Assembly: GCA_044355095.1 (NCBI GenBank)
Contig: JBIKYT010000002.1
Span: 11,971-75,970 of the forward strand
DNA: 64,000 bases
Origin: Ilumatobacteraceae bacterium
GTDB taxonomy: Bacteria; Actinomycetota; Acidimicrobiia; Acidimicrobiales; Ilumatobacteraceae
Direction: 5' to 3'
Made by a program: the position numbers and the translations under genes. Numbering within the stretch: the first letter of the stretch is position 1; every line of letters begins with the position of its first letter. Under the pieces are notes generated by a model. It was not told the origin of the DNA, made no database searches, and saw only the letters and a program-made list of their open reading frames with translations. Shown here in pieces: positions 56,347 through 64,000 of this stretch.

Positions 56347-56966
56347 TGTCCAAGTTGTACGCAGAAAAGCTAGCCCGGTGTATTGCCGGGCTAGCTTTTT
56401 TCGGTTTTGGAATCACTCTCTTTATACGAGCTAATCTCGGGCTCGCACCATGGGATATTTTCCATAAGGGACTTTCTGAGAAGTTAGATGTTTCCATCGG
56501 TCTAGTTATTGTGGGCGTCGGCCTTTTGCTCTTGTTGTTATGGATTCCTTTGCGGCAAAAACCGGGAGTAGGCACAGTTTTAAACGCGCTAGAAATTGGT
56601 TTCGTTGTCAACCTCACCAAGCCATTGATTGGTGAACCTGATCAACTCGTGATGCGCACCTTCATGGTGATCGCCGGTGTTTTGGTGATTGCACTCGGAT
56701 CAGCTTTGTATATTGGCGCAGGCCTAGGCTCGGGGCCTCGTGATGGTTTGATGTTGGGCTTATCTCAGAGTTCAATTGGTGGACGTCGCATCAGTATTCG
56801 CGTTGCTCGAACAACGATTGAATTGACCGTCATGATTGCGGGACTTTTCTTGGGTGGTTCAATTGGAATCGGAACATTGATTTTTATGTTCGGAATTGGT
56901 CCGTTGGTGCAACTTGTTTTGCCGCGATTTGAGATGCGCCTTGCGCGCGCCAAACAAATCGCTTAG
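56346..56966 (+). CDS. YczE/YitT-like small polytopic membrane protein
   Basis: Its ATG overlaps the ahcY stop (TAATG). ANLGLAPWDIFHKGLS and GSGPRDGLMLGL motifs. About 5-6 TM segments. Confidence 0.65.
   Translation: MSKLYAEKLARCIAGLAFFGFGITLFIRANLGLAPWDIFHKGLSEKLDVSIGLVIVGVGLLLLLLWIPLRQKPGVGTVLNALEIGFVVNLTKPLIGEPDQLVMRTFMVIAGVLVIALGSALYIGAGLGSGPRDGLMLGLSQSSIGGRRISIRVARTTIELTVMIAGLFLGGSIGIGTLIFMFGIGPLVQLVLPRFEMRLARAKQIA
56365..56401 (+). terminator. Intrinsic terminator directly after ahcY, lying inside the 5' end of the next ORF
   Basis: AAAAGCTAGCCCGG / CCGGGCTAGCTTTT 14-bp stem with a 7-nt loop, and a T6 run including the stem T residues. The stem starts 19 nt after the ahcY stop. Confidence 0.75.
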
Positions 56967-57658
56967 ATGCCGGTAATGAGTCGGGCTGCGGCGGCAGTCT
57001 TTTCGCCCATGACTTTGTAGCAGCTGGGGGCGACGCGTTCGTTCGGTCCAACAATCGAAATTGAAGCGATTGGTTGAGCTGGACCGTCGTAAATCACGCT
57101 GCCAATAGCGACGGAGTTTGGGTGTCCCGGAGTGATTCTGTAATAACGCGGTCGGTCATCATTGGCTGCCCCCAGCCAGGCGCTCTCACCTGTAGGAAAC
57201 TGATTAATCAAGGTTTGTAAGTCGGCTGTATTTGGTGTATCCAATTGAATGAGAACGCGTTTGCCGACTTCCATCGTGATCTTTATGTTGTGTTTGCTAT
57301 CAACTTTGTCGAGCAATGTGGCGTACAAATCGCTACCCACATGGGTGAACTGCCATAAGAGTGCAGTTTCACCGATGGTTTCCGAAAGTTCCTCGAGTTG
57401 CTCGCGGGAAGTCTTTCGTAAATCAACCGCAACCCGATTTGACAACGTGAGCACTCGGGGAGTCAAGACCCAGGCGGTGCCATGATTTTGCTTTTGAATG
57501 TAGCCACTTGCGCCAAGGGTGATCAAGATCCGCTGGGCTGTGTTCTTGTCCATATTCATGTGGCGGGCCAAGGCCGAGACGCCAATGGGTTGCAATTCGG
57601 CAACGACTTCAAGCACAGCGAGGGCGTTTTCTACTGTTTGCAAAGTCTTCACAGCCAT
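56963..57658 (-). CDS. IclR family transcriptional regulator
   Basis: N-terminal wHTH (ALAVLEVVAELQPIGVSALARHMNMDKNTAQRILITL) and a C-terminal IclR effector domain of the expected length. Confidence 0.8.
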   Translation of the reverse strand: MAVKTLQTVENALAVLEVVAELQPIGVSALARHMNMDKNTAQRILITLGASGYIQKQNHGTAWVLTPRVLTLSNRVAVDLRKTSREQLEELSETIGETALLWQFTHVGSDLYATLLDKVDSKHNIKITMEVGKRVLIQLDTPNTADLQTLINQFPTGESAWLGAANDDRPRYYRITPGHPNSVAIGSVIYDGPAQPIASISIVGPNERVAPSCYKVMGEKTAAAARLITGI

Positions 57659-57686
57659 TGCAGAACTCTACACAACTAGTGACATC

Positions 57687-57705
57687 TGTATTCAATAAAA
57701 ATACA
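57687..57705. promoter_or_regulatory. Small AT-rich inverted repeat upstream of iclR; candidate operator
   Basis: TGTATT-N7-AATACA, flanked by CTAGTG ... CACTAG, about 30-45 bp upstream of the iclR start in the iclR/comF divergent region. Confidence 0.2.
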
Positions 57706-57768
57706 CTAGGTCAGATTGTGACACAGCAATTTCTCAACTCTGCCATACCCATTTGATTTGATGACCTC

Positions 57769-58404
57769 ATGTTTAGTGCTTTGCGTTGTACCCAATGTCA
57801 ACAGATATTCCGCCCGCGTGCGGCCGATGGCGAGGTTGAATCTCCAATGGGTCGTGTCTGCAGATCATGTGATCCAGTAGGCGGCGCTACTTCACGAACG
57901 ATTAGGGCAACTGATCAGTTGCACGGCGACACTCAAGAATTGATTCGCGGATTGAAATACCGCAATCAAAGGGGTGCCGTGGCCGAATTAGCCGACCAGC
58001 TGGTGCAGTCAATCATTGCTGATCCCGAATCTCCGCAGTACGAGATTGTGACCTGGGCGCCAACGTCAAGTGTGCGTCAGCGGCAGCGTGGATACGACCA
58101 ATCCGAGTTATTGGCACGGGCTGTCGCAACACGTTTGGGTATTAAATGTCGGCGCTTGCTCTATCGCGATCGCAGCGCACCTCAGACCGGTCGCAATCGT
58201 GAACAACGGCTACATGGTCCCATCTTCAGGGCCCGTCCGATGCGGCGGCCTTATCGAGTTCTCGTGATCGATGATGTGGTCACGACGGGAAGTACTTTGC
58301 GGGCGGCCGCACATGCGCTCGACTTGGCTGGGGCTAAAGAGGTGTGCCTGCTGGCGGTAGCGGCCACACCACGTGACCGTTCTACAAATTCGCGAGTTGC
58401 CTGA
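57769..58404 (+). CDS. ComF family phosphoribosyltransferase-domain protein
   Basis: N-terminal Cys pairs (CTQCQQ ... CRSC). PRTase motif VLVIDDVVTTGST. Confidence 0.8.
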   Translation: MFSALRCTQCQQIFRPRAADGEVESPMGRVCRSCDPVGGATSRTIRATDQLHGDTQELIRGLKYRNQRGAVAELADQLVQSIIADPESPQYEIVTWAPTSSVRQRQRGYDQSELLARAVATRLGIKCRRLLYRDRSAPQTGRNREQRLHGPIFRARPMRRPYRVLVIDDVVTTGSTLRAAAHALDLAGAKEVCLLAVAATPRDRSTNSRVA

Positions 58405-59095
58405 CCCGTTGCACCGCATCGGTCGGATCAACGTCCACCCAAATGCCATGCATTCCTACGGCGGTGGCGGCATTGACATTGCTTTGGGCATCGTCAAGAA
58501 ATGCCGTTCGATGAGCCTCAACTCCAAGCCGACTCAACGAGAGTTCGTAGATGGCGTGGTTGGGTTTGCGCATACCGACTTCGTGGCTGTCAACAACATC
58601 ATCAAAAATGTTGGCGAAATCAAGCATCGGCCACCAGGCTTGCCGCAATTCGCGGACGTTGTTGGTTAAGACTCCCAAGCGAAATCCGCAAGATTTGAGT
58701 TCGTGAACGAGGTTGACGACCAAATGATTGGGTTCGAAGGCAAAGCCGACGATCGACGGATTCTTGGAATCGGCGGTCTTTGCTGCAGGCGTTTCTAATG
58801 AGTTCGCGGATAGTTGTAAGCCGGCTTCCAGAACCAGTGGACCAAGTTGCTCGCGATATTCGACCATGCTGATCTCGCCACGCTCTAGGCGATGCCACGG
58901 GTGGTCAGTATCTTGGCCATAATCGCCCATCATGACCTTCATCACCTTGTCGACGGGGTCATTGGGGAAACGTTTGGCCACGTCGGATGGGCGTCCATTG
59001 CTGGCTAAAACCCCACCAAAATCGAAGATGACTGCGTCGATATGCCGAGATGACGAAGGGGTCTGTTGTGACGAGGAAGGCGCTGAGTCGGACAC
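58382..59095 (-). CDS. HAD superfamily hydrolase (subfamily IA-like)
   Basis: Motif I AVIFDFGGVL, motif II LGVLTNN, and motif IV FLDDAQSN. The 3' end overlaps comF by 23 bp. Confidence 0.75.
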   Translation of the reverse strand: MSDSAPSSSQQTPSSSRHIDAVIFDFGGVLASNGRPSDVAKRFPNDPVDKVMKVMMGDYGQDTDHPWHRLERGEISMVEYREQLGPLVLEAGLQLSANSLETPAAKTADSKNPSIVGFAFEPNHLVVNLVHELKSCGFRLGVLTNNVRELRQAWWPMLDFANIFDDVVDSHEVGMRKPNHAIYELSLSRLGVEAHRTAFLDDAQSNVNAATAVGMHGIWVDVDPTDAVQRVRQLANL

Positions 59096-59198
59096 ACATC
59101 AATTCTGCCCGTCGGCCTGCTTTCTTACATCATTGTTGCATGTGAACTTTCGGTGACCCCCGAGGCTCGTAGATACCGCCTGTAGGCTCTATCTCTGC

Positions 59199-61958
59199 AT
59201 GGGAATCCTCGATCGCATCCTGCGGGCCGGTGAAGGCAAGAAACTGAAGGCCCTCGAGGGTCTCGTTCCTGACATCAACGCCCTTGAGTCATCTATTCAG
59301 TCTTTGTCCGACGACGCACTGCGTGGCAAGACCGCTGAATTCCGTACCCGTCTTGAGCGGGGTGAATCGCTTGACGATCTACTAGTTGAAGCATTCGCCG
59401 TCGTGCGTGAAGGAGCCCACCGTGTAATCGGGCAACGGCACTACGACGTGCAGTTAATGGGTGGCGCGGCGCTGCACTTTGGTTGGGTTGCTGAAATGAA
59501 GACGGGTGAAGGTAAGACCTTGGTCTCAACCTTGCCGGCCTATCTCAATGGTCTGTCCGGTAACGGCGTACACCTCATCACGGTCAACGACTACTTGGCT
59601 CGTCGTGACTCCGAATGGATGGGTCGCGTTCACCGTTGGCTGGGTTTGAGCGTCGGACTCGTGGTTCCGGGTTCTCGCGAACGTCCCGAACAAAAGCGGG
59701 CTGACTATGCCGCTGACATTACATACGGAACCAATAACGAATTTGGTTTTGATTACTTGCGCGACAATATGGCGGCAACGAAACTCAATAAGGTCCAACG
59801 CGGACACGCCTTCGCCATCGTTGACGAAGTTGACTCAATTTTGATCGACGAAGCGCGTACGCCGCTGATCATTTCTGGACGAGTGGCTGATGCAGCCAAT
59901 CTGTATTACCGATTCGCTTCAATCGTGCGTGCGCTTAAGCGCGATGTTGATTATGAGGTAGAAGAAGACAAGCGCATTGTCATGCCGACCGAGGCCGGTA
60001 TTGAACGAGTTGAAGCCGAACTCGGTCTCGAAAACTTGTACGACGAAGTCCAGCGAAATCTGGTCCATCAATTGCAGGTGGCTCTCAAGGCTAAAGAGTT
60101 GTACCGCCGCGACAAGGACTACATCATTCAAGGTGGCGAGGTAAAAATCGTCGACGAATTTACTGGTCGTATTCTGGAAGGCCGTCGCTGGAGTGAAGGT
60201 ATCCACCAAGCGGTTGAAGCCAAAGAAGGCGTCAAGATCAAAGAAGAAAACCAGACGCTGGCGACGATTACATTGCAGAACTATTTCCGCATGTACGACA
60301 AACTCGCGGGTATGACCGGAACGGCGCAAACCGAAGCTGCTGAACTGATGAATACGTACGATTTGCAAGTTGTGCCGATCCCGACGAACCGTGCCGTGGC
60401 GCGTATTGATTCACCCGATCAGATTTTCAAGACAGAAGATGCCAAGTTCAACGCAGTTGTCACTGACATCATCGAACGACATGCCAACGGACAACCCGTC
60501 TTGGTGGGTACAGTCAGCGTTGAAAAGAGCGAACACCTCTCGCGACTTCTCGCCAAAAATGGCGTGAAGCACGAAGTCTTGAACGCCAAACAACACACTC
60601 GTGAAGCCGAAATCGTGACGCAGGCTGGTCGGTTGGGAGCAGTCACTGTCGCAACCAATATGGCTGGTCGCGGAGTAGACATTTTGCTCGGCGGTAATCC
60701 AGAAGGTCTTGCCCATCGCGCAGTACTCGCCGAAGGCCACGCTGCTGACACGCTGACCGATGAATTCACTTTGCCGCTTCCGCTTGATCAGATGCCCGAT
60801 GAATATCGCGCCGCGCGAGTCGTTGCACAAGCTCGGTATGCCGAACTCCTCACTGCAATTACAGCGAAGTGCAAGGCAGAGGGCGACAAAGTTCGTGAGG
60901 TAGGCGGCCTATATGTCATTGGCTCAGAGCGTCATGAGAGTCGGCGTATCGACAATCAGTTGCGTGGACGCGCCGGACGTCAAGGTGATCCTGGTTCAAG
61001 CCGTTTCTATTTGAGTCTTGAAGACGAATTGATGCGCTTATTCGCTACCGGCGCGTTGAGTTGGGTGATGGGCCGAGCGTTGCCCGATGACGAAGCAATT
61101 GAACACAAGATGGTGACCAAGGCCATTGAACGGGCACAAAGCACTGTTGAAACTCGTAACGCCGAGATTCGTAAGAACGTCTTGAAATACGACGAAGTGA
61201 TGAATGAGCAGCGCAAAGTTATTTACAAGCGCCGCGACCAGATTCTTGATGGGGCCGACCTGAAGGTTGCTGCTCTTGAGTACATGGCTGAAGCCGTTGA
61301 TTCACTGATCGAAACCCATTGTGTGAGTGAAGCCGATGATGAATGGGATCTCGAGGGTCTGACCAAAGAGCTAAAAACGTATTGGCCAAATGATCTGACG
61401 CCAGATGGTTTGGGTCAATCGTCTAATACCAACAAGATGTACGACGTCGTGATGGCGAATGCGACTGCCTATTACGATCAGCGTGAAACTGAATTGACCC
61501 CAGAAGTTATGCGTGATGTTGAACGTCAAGTCATGCTTCGCATTATTGATCAACGTTGGCGCGAACATCTTGAAGAGATGGATTATTTGCAAGAGGGCAT
61601 CAATCTTCGTGCCATGGGTCAAAAAGATCCGCTATCTGAATGGCAGCGCGAAGGTTACGAAATGTTTGGTTCCATGATGAAAGGAATCGCTCAAGATTTT
61701 GTGAAGTACGTGATGCATGTGCAACTAGTTCGCAATGAAGAGCCAGCGCCAGTAGTGCAAAACCTTCAACAGACAAAATCTGATGCGCCGTCGGCAGTTA
61801 GCCAAGCATCAGCACAGGGCGCAAGTGAAATGCCTCAGCAGGCTGCGCCGGTCAAGCAACAGCCCATCGTGAACGACGAGTGGTCAAAGACCCCTCGTAA
61901 TGCGCCGTGCCCATGTGGCTCGGGCAAGAAGTTCAAGATGTGCCACGGCACCAACTGA
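59199..61958 (+). CDS. secA: Preprotein translocase ATPase SecA
   Basis: 919 aa. MKTGEGKT Walker [30 protein letters not shown], and a C-terminal zinc motif [14 protein letters not shown]. Confidence 0.97.
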   Translation: MGILDRILRAGEGKKLKALEGLVPDINALESSIQSLSDDALRGKTAEFRTRLERGESLDDLLVEAFAVVREGAHRVIGQRHYDVQLMGGAALHFGWVAEMKTGEGKTLVSTLPAYLNGLSGNGVHLITVNDYLARRDSEWMGRVHRWLGLSVGLVVPGSRERPEQKRADYAADITYGTNNEFGFDYLRDNMAATKLNKVQRGHAFAIVDEVDSILIDEARTPLIISGRVADAANLYYRFASIVRALKRDVDYEVEEDKRIVMPTEAGIERVEAELGLENLYDEVQRNLVHQLQVALKAKELYRRDKDYIIQGGEVKIVDEFTGRILEGRRWSEGIHQAVEAKEGVKIKEENQTLATITLQNYFRMYDKLAGMTGTAQTEAAELMNTYDLQVVPIPTNRAVARIDSPDQIFKTEDAKFNAVVTDIIERHANGQPVLVGTVSVEKSEHLSRLLAKNGVKHEVLNAKQHTREAEIVTQAGRLGAVTVATNMAGRGVDILLGGNPEGLAHRAVLAEGHAADTLTDEFTLPLPLDQMPDEYRAARVVAQARYAELLTAITAKCKAEGDKVREVGGLYVIGSERHESRRIDNQLRGRAGRQGDPGSSRFYLSLEDELMRLFATGALSWVMGRALPDDEAIEHKMVTKAIERAQSTVETRNAEIRKNVLKYDEVMNEQRKVIYKRRDQILDGADLKVAALEYMAEAVDSLIETHCVSEADDEWDLEGLTKELKTYWPNDLTPDGLGQSSNTNKMYDVVMANATAYYDQRETELTPEVMRDVERQVMLRIIDQRWREHLEEMDYLQEGINLRAMGQKDPLSEWQREGYEMFGSMMKGIAQDFVKYVMHVQLVRNEEPAPVVQNLQQTKSDAPSAVSQASAQGASEMPQQAAPVKQQPIVNDEWSKTPRNAPCPCGSGKKFKMCHGTN

Positions 61959-61965
61959 GTTCGTC

Positions 61966-63069
61966 ATGCGCGATTTCACAGATGATTTGAAAGATGTGAG
62001 TCGACGACTCAGTGAGGCCAAGGTCTATCTCAAGATCGAAGCTCAACGAGATCGTTTCCGTGAACTTGAGATTGAGGTCTCGAAGCCGGGTCTTTGGGAT
62101 GACCAAGAGTTTGCCAAAAAACTCAATGCTGAATACGCGAACACCAAAGGTGACATTGACATTTTTGATGGGCTGGCTCGTCAGTTAGAAGATGCTGAGG
62201 TGCTCCATGAATTGGCCCGCGAAATTGATGATGCCTCTCAAGAAACTGAAATTGAATCAAGTATCAAAGTTATTGCGCAGTCACTAAATGGTCTTGAAAT
62301 GCGCAGTTTGTTTACTGGTGAACATGATGAGGCAGATTGCATCGTGCACATCAATACCAAAGACGGTGGAGTCGACGCCCAAGATTGGAGCGAACTTCTG
62401 CTGCGTATGTACCAGCGTTGGGCTGAGCGTCGTGGACTCGAGTTTGAAATTAACGATATTTCGCCGGGTGCAGAAGCAGGAATTATGTCAGTTGAATTCA
62501 CGTTGAAGGGTCGCTATGCCTACGGGCTCATGACTTCTGAACGTGGCACTCATCGTTTAGTTCGGATTAGTCCCTTTGATAACCAGGGCCGCCGCCAAAC
62601 AAGTTTTTCCAATGTGCAGGTGTGGCCGGCAATGGAAAACCCCGATATTGAGATTGATGAAACGGATGTGCGGATGGAAGTATTCCGTGCCTCTGGAGCC
62701 GGTGGTCAGCACGTGAATAAAACTTCATCGGCGGTTCGTTTGATTCACGAACCTACTGGTCTTGTCTCGTCGTCTCAGGAAGAACGCAGTCAATTGCAAA
62801 ACCGCGAAAGGGCGATGAATCGTTTGAAGGCAATGGTTGCGGCGAAGATTGAAGAAGAACACCAGGCTGAACTTGATCGCATCGCTGGTAAACAAGCCAC
62901 CGTCGGTTGGGGTAGTCAAATCCGAAGTTATGTTTTACAGCCTTATCAAATGGTGAAAGATTTGCGTACAAATATTGAATCAAGCAGCGTCGAATCGGTG
63001 CTAGACGGCGATATTGAAGAATTTATGGTCGGTTATTTGCAATGGCGTCGTGCTGGCGACGATTCCTGA
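61966..63069 (+). CDS. prfB: Peptide chain release factor 2, uninterrupted (no programmed frameshift)
   Basis: ATG 61966 lies 7 nt after the secA stop. SPF stop-recognition motif (RISPFD) and GGQ motif (GAGGQHVNKT). The N-terminal coiled region is read in the same frame. Confidence 0.93.
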   Translation: MRDFTDDLKDVSRRLSEAKVYLKIEAQRDRFRELEIEVSKPGLWDDQEFAKKLNAEYANTKGDIDIFDGLARQLEDAEVLHELAREIDDASQETEIESSIKVIAQSLNGLEMRSLFTGEHDEADCIVHINTKDGGVDAQDWSELLLRMYQRWAERRGLEFEINDISPGAEAGIMSVEFTLKGRYAYGLMTSERGTHRLVRISPFDNQGRRQTSFSNVQVWPAMENPDIEIDETDVRMEVFRASGAGGQHVNKTSSAVRLIHEPTGLVSSSQEERSQLQNRERAMNRLKAMVAAKIEEEHQAELDRIAGKQATVGWGSQIRSYVLQPYQMVKDLRTNIESSSVESVLDGDIEEFMVGYLQWRRAGDDS

Positions 63070-63145
63070 CGAAGTACCACTGATATCCTGACGGCTTGAC
63101 TTCATGTGGTCGGCCAGCTGGTCGGTCTCTTGCCCGAGGAGCAAC

Positions 63146-63823
63146 ATGATTCGCCTCGAAAACGTGACAAAAACTTATGGCACCGAGATACCTGCGGTGC
63201 GCGACGCTTCTTTCGAGATCGCTAAGGGCGAGTTCGTCTTTATGGTCGGTCCGTCGGGTTCTGGTAAGTCGACATTGTTGCGGCTCATGAATCGTCAAGA
63301 ACAGCCCGAACGTGGCGAAGTGTGGGTGGCAGGTAAGGACATCAATGCCATGCCTGATTCAAAAGTTCCGTATCTACGACGAAATATCGGAAATATTTTT
63401 CAGGATTACAAACTGTTGCTCAACAAAACAGTTTTTGAAAACGTGGCGTTTGCTCTTGAAGTGATTGGACGACCTAAGCATGTGATTCGCCAACAAGTAC
63501 CAGCAGTACTTGATCTGGTGGGTCTTTCCGATAAAGAAGATCGCTTTCCTCATCAACTTTCTGGTGGAGAACAGCAGCGTGTTTCAATCGCCCGAGCCTT
63601 CGTGAACCGTCCATTGATTTTGCTGGCGGACGAACCCACCGGAAACCTCGACCCCGCAACGGGCGAGGGAATTATGCGTTTGCTAGATCGCATCAATAAC
63701 ACCGGAACAACAGTCGTCATGGCGACTCACGACCAGCGAATCGTGAATATGATGCGCCGCCGTGTTGTGCAACTTGACCGAGGCGTCATAGTGCGCGACC
63801 AAGAACGAGGAGTGTACGACTGA
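63146..63823 (+). CDS. ftsE: Cell division ABC transporter ATP-binding protein FtsE
   Basis: GAGGA SD 5 nt before ATG 63146. [11 protein letters not shown] start, [18 protein letters not shown], and [11 protein letters not shown]. Confidence 0.92.
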   Translation: MIRLENVTKTYGTEIPAVRDASFEIAKGEFVFMVGPSGSGKSTLLRLMNRQEQPERGEVWVAGKDINAMPDSKVPYLRRNIGNIFQDYKLLLNKTVFENVAFALEVIGRPKHVIRQQVPAVLDLVGLSDKEDRFPHQLSGGEQQRVSIARAFVNRPLILLADEPTGNLDPATGEGIMRLLDRINNTGTTVVMATHDQRIVNMMRRRVVQLDRGVIVRDQERGVYD

Positions 63824-64000
63824 TGATTGCACGAATCAGTTACGCGTTCCGCGAAACGTGGGCGAGCTTTAAACGCAATGTCACTTTGACGATGGCCGCT
63901 GTCATTACCTCGGCGGTCTCTTTGCTGCTGGTTGGTTCAACTTTTTTGATTCAGCGAGCTTTTGACAATCTGCTGACCCGATGGAAGGGCGACGTCGAAC
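63823..64000 (+). CDS. ftsX: Cell division permease-like protein FtsX, 3' end outside the window
   Basis: The start shares 1 nt with the ftsE stop (TGATG). The N-terminus ISYAFRETWASFKRN followed by TM1 is typical of FtsX. Confidence 0.8.
   Translation, partial: MIARISYAFRETWASFKRNVTLTMAAVITSAVSLLLVGSTFLIQRAFDNLLTRWKGDVE

Noticed and set aside
61900-61965. A prfB programmed +1 frameshift site or a 5' extension of RF2 overlapping secA.
   Set aside because: The RF2 N-terminal coiled region, SPF and GGQ are all read in one frame from ATG 61966. No CTT-TGA-C slippery stop context precedes them. The track start at 61900 lies within secA and is an over-extension.

Overview
This 64-kb window is chromosomal and densely packed. 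It appears to come from a streamlined, mid-GC (roughly 50-55% by eye, not computed) member of the Actinomycetota. Supporting markers are a WhiB-like gene, a PafBC-like WYL pair, DUF3499, the F420 genes cofC/cofD/cofE, and PIG-L and DinB-type (mycothiol-style) enzymes. From memory, the gene order echoes the M. tuberculosis Rv2982c-Rv2986c and Rv3240c-Rv3267 neighbourhoods. I call about 63 protein genes. Many are joined by ATGA or TGATG stop/start overlaps, and several convergent pairs overlap at their 3' ends. By eye I found no rRNA, tRNA, CRISPR array, transposase, integrase or phage gene, and no gap is large enough to hide one. Main blocks, in order: (1) an acyl-CoA ligase fragment, exported hydrolases, argG, a Cys-phosphatase, a Ppm1-like GT2, an L,D-transpeptidase and DUF305; (2) a LIV-type ABC importer, rarD and pgi; (3) a PafBC-like pair, a DEDDh exonuclease, a wbl gene and PIN-PhoH2; (4) HU plus a separate Lys/Ala-repeat gene; (5) a DinB-like enzyme, PIG-L, cofC, gpsA, an unknown gene and a secernin-like Ntn hydrolase; (6) a large envelope-glycan locus (four GT4, manC, a degenerate SDR, gmd, a Wzx-like protein, a 1088-aa polytopic GT2, DUF5719 and a membrane thioredoxin) with cofD-cofE embedded in it; (7) ftsH, DUF3499, a CPBP protease, an 830-aa GT-C-like membrane protein, manB, trm112 and ahcY; (8) iclR, comF, a HAD hydrolase and secA-prfB-ftsE-ftsX. 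I see no clear defence island or mobile element. The most unusual items are listed here. (a) A natural split of the actinobacterial HupB architecture into an HU gene and a stand-alone AKKA-repeat, histone-H1-like gene. (b) A promoter-like element plus a two-hairpin, C-rich leader with a C9 tract in front of the wbl gene. (c) Four direct repeats of ATCCACCAAAGA in the ftsH/DUF3499 divergent promoter region. (d) A translationally coupled polytopic GT2 / DUF5719 / membrane-anchored CxxC thioredoxin triad, with a GT-C-like giant membrane protein nearby. (e) An extended-SDR gene after manC that lacks the YxxxK catalytic dyad. (f) A stand-alone CofE, and a cofC gene coupled to a PIG-L deacetylase. 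(g) A textbook intrinsic terminator embedded in the first ~19 codons of the gene that overlaps the ahcY stop. All functional calls rest on motifs read by eye and remembered family signatures. No database search was run.
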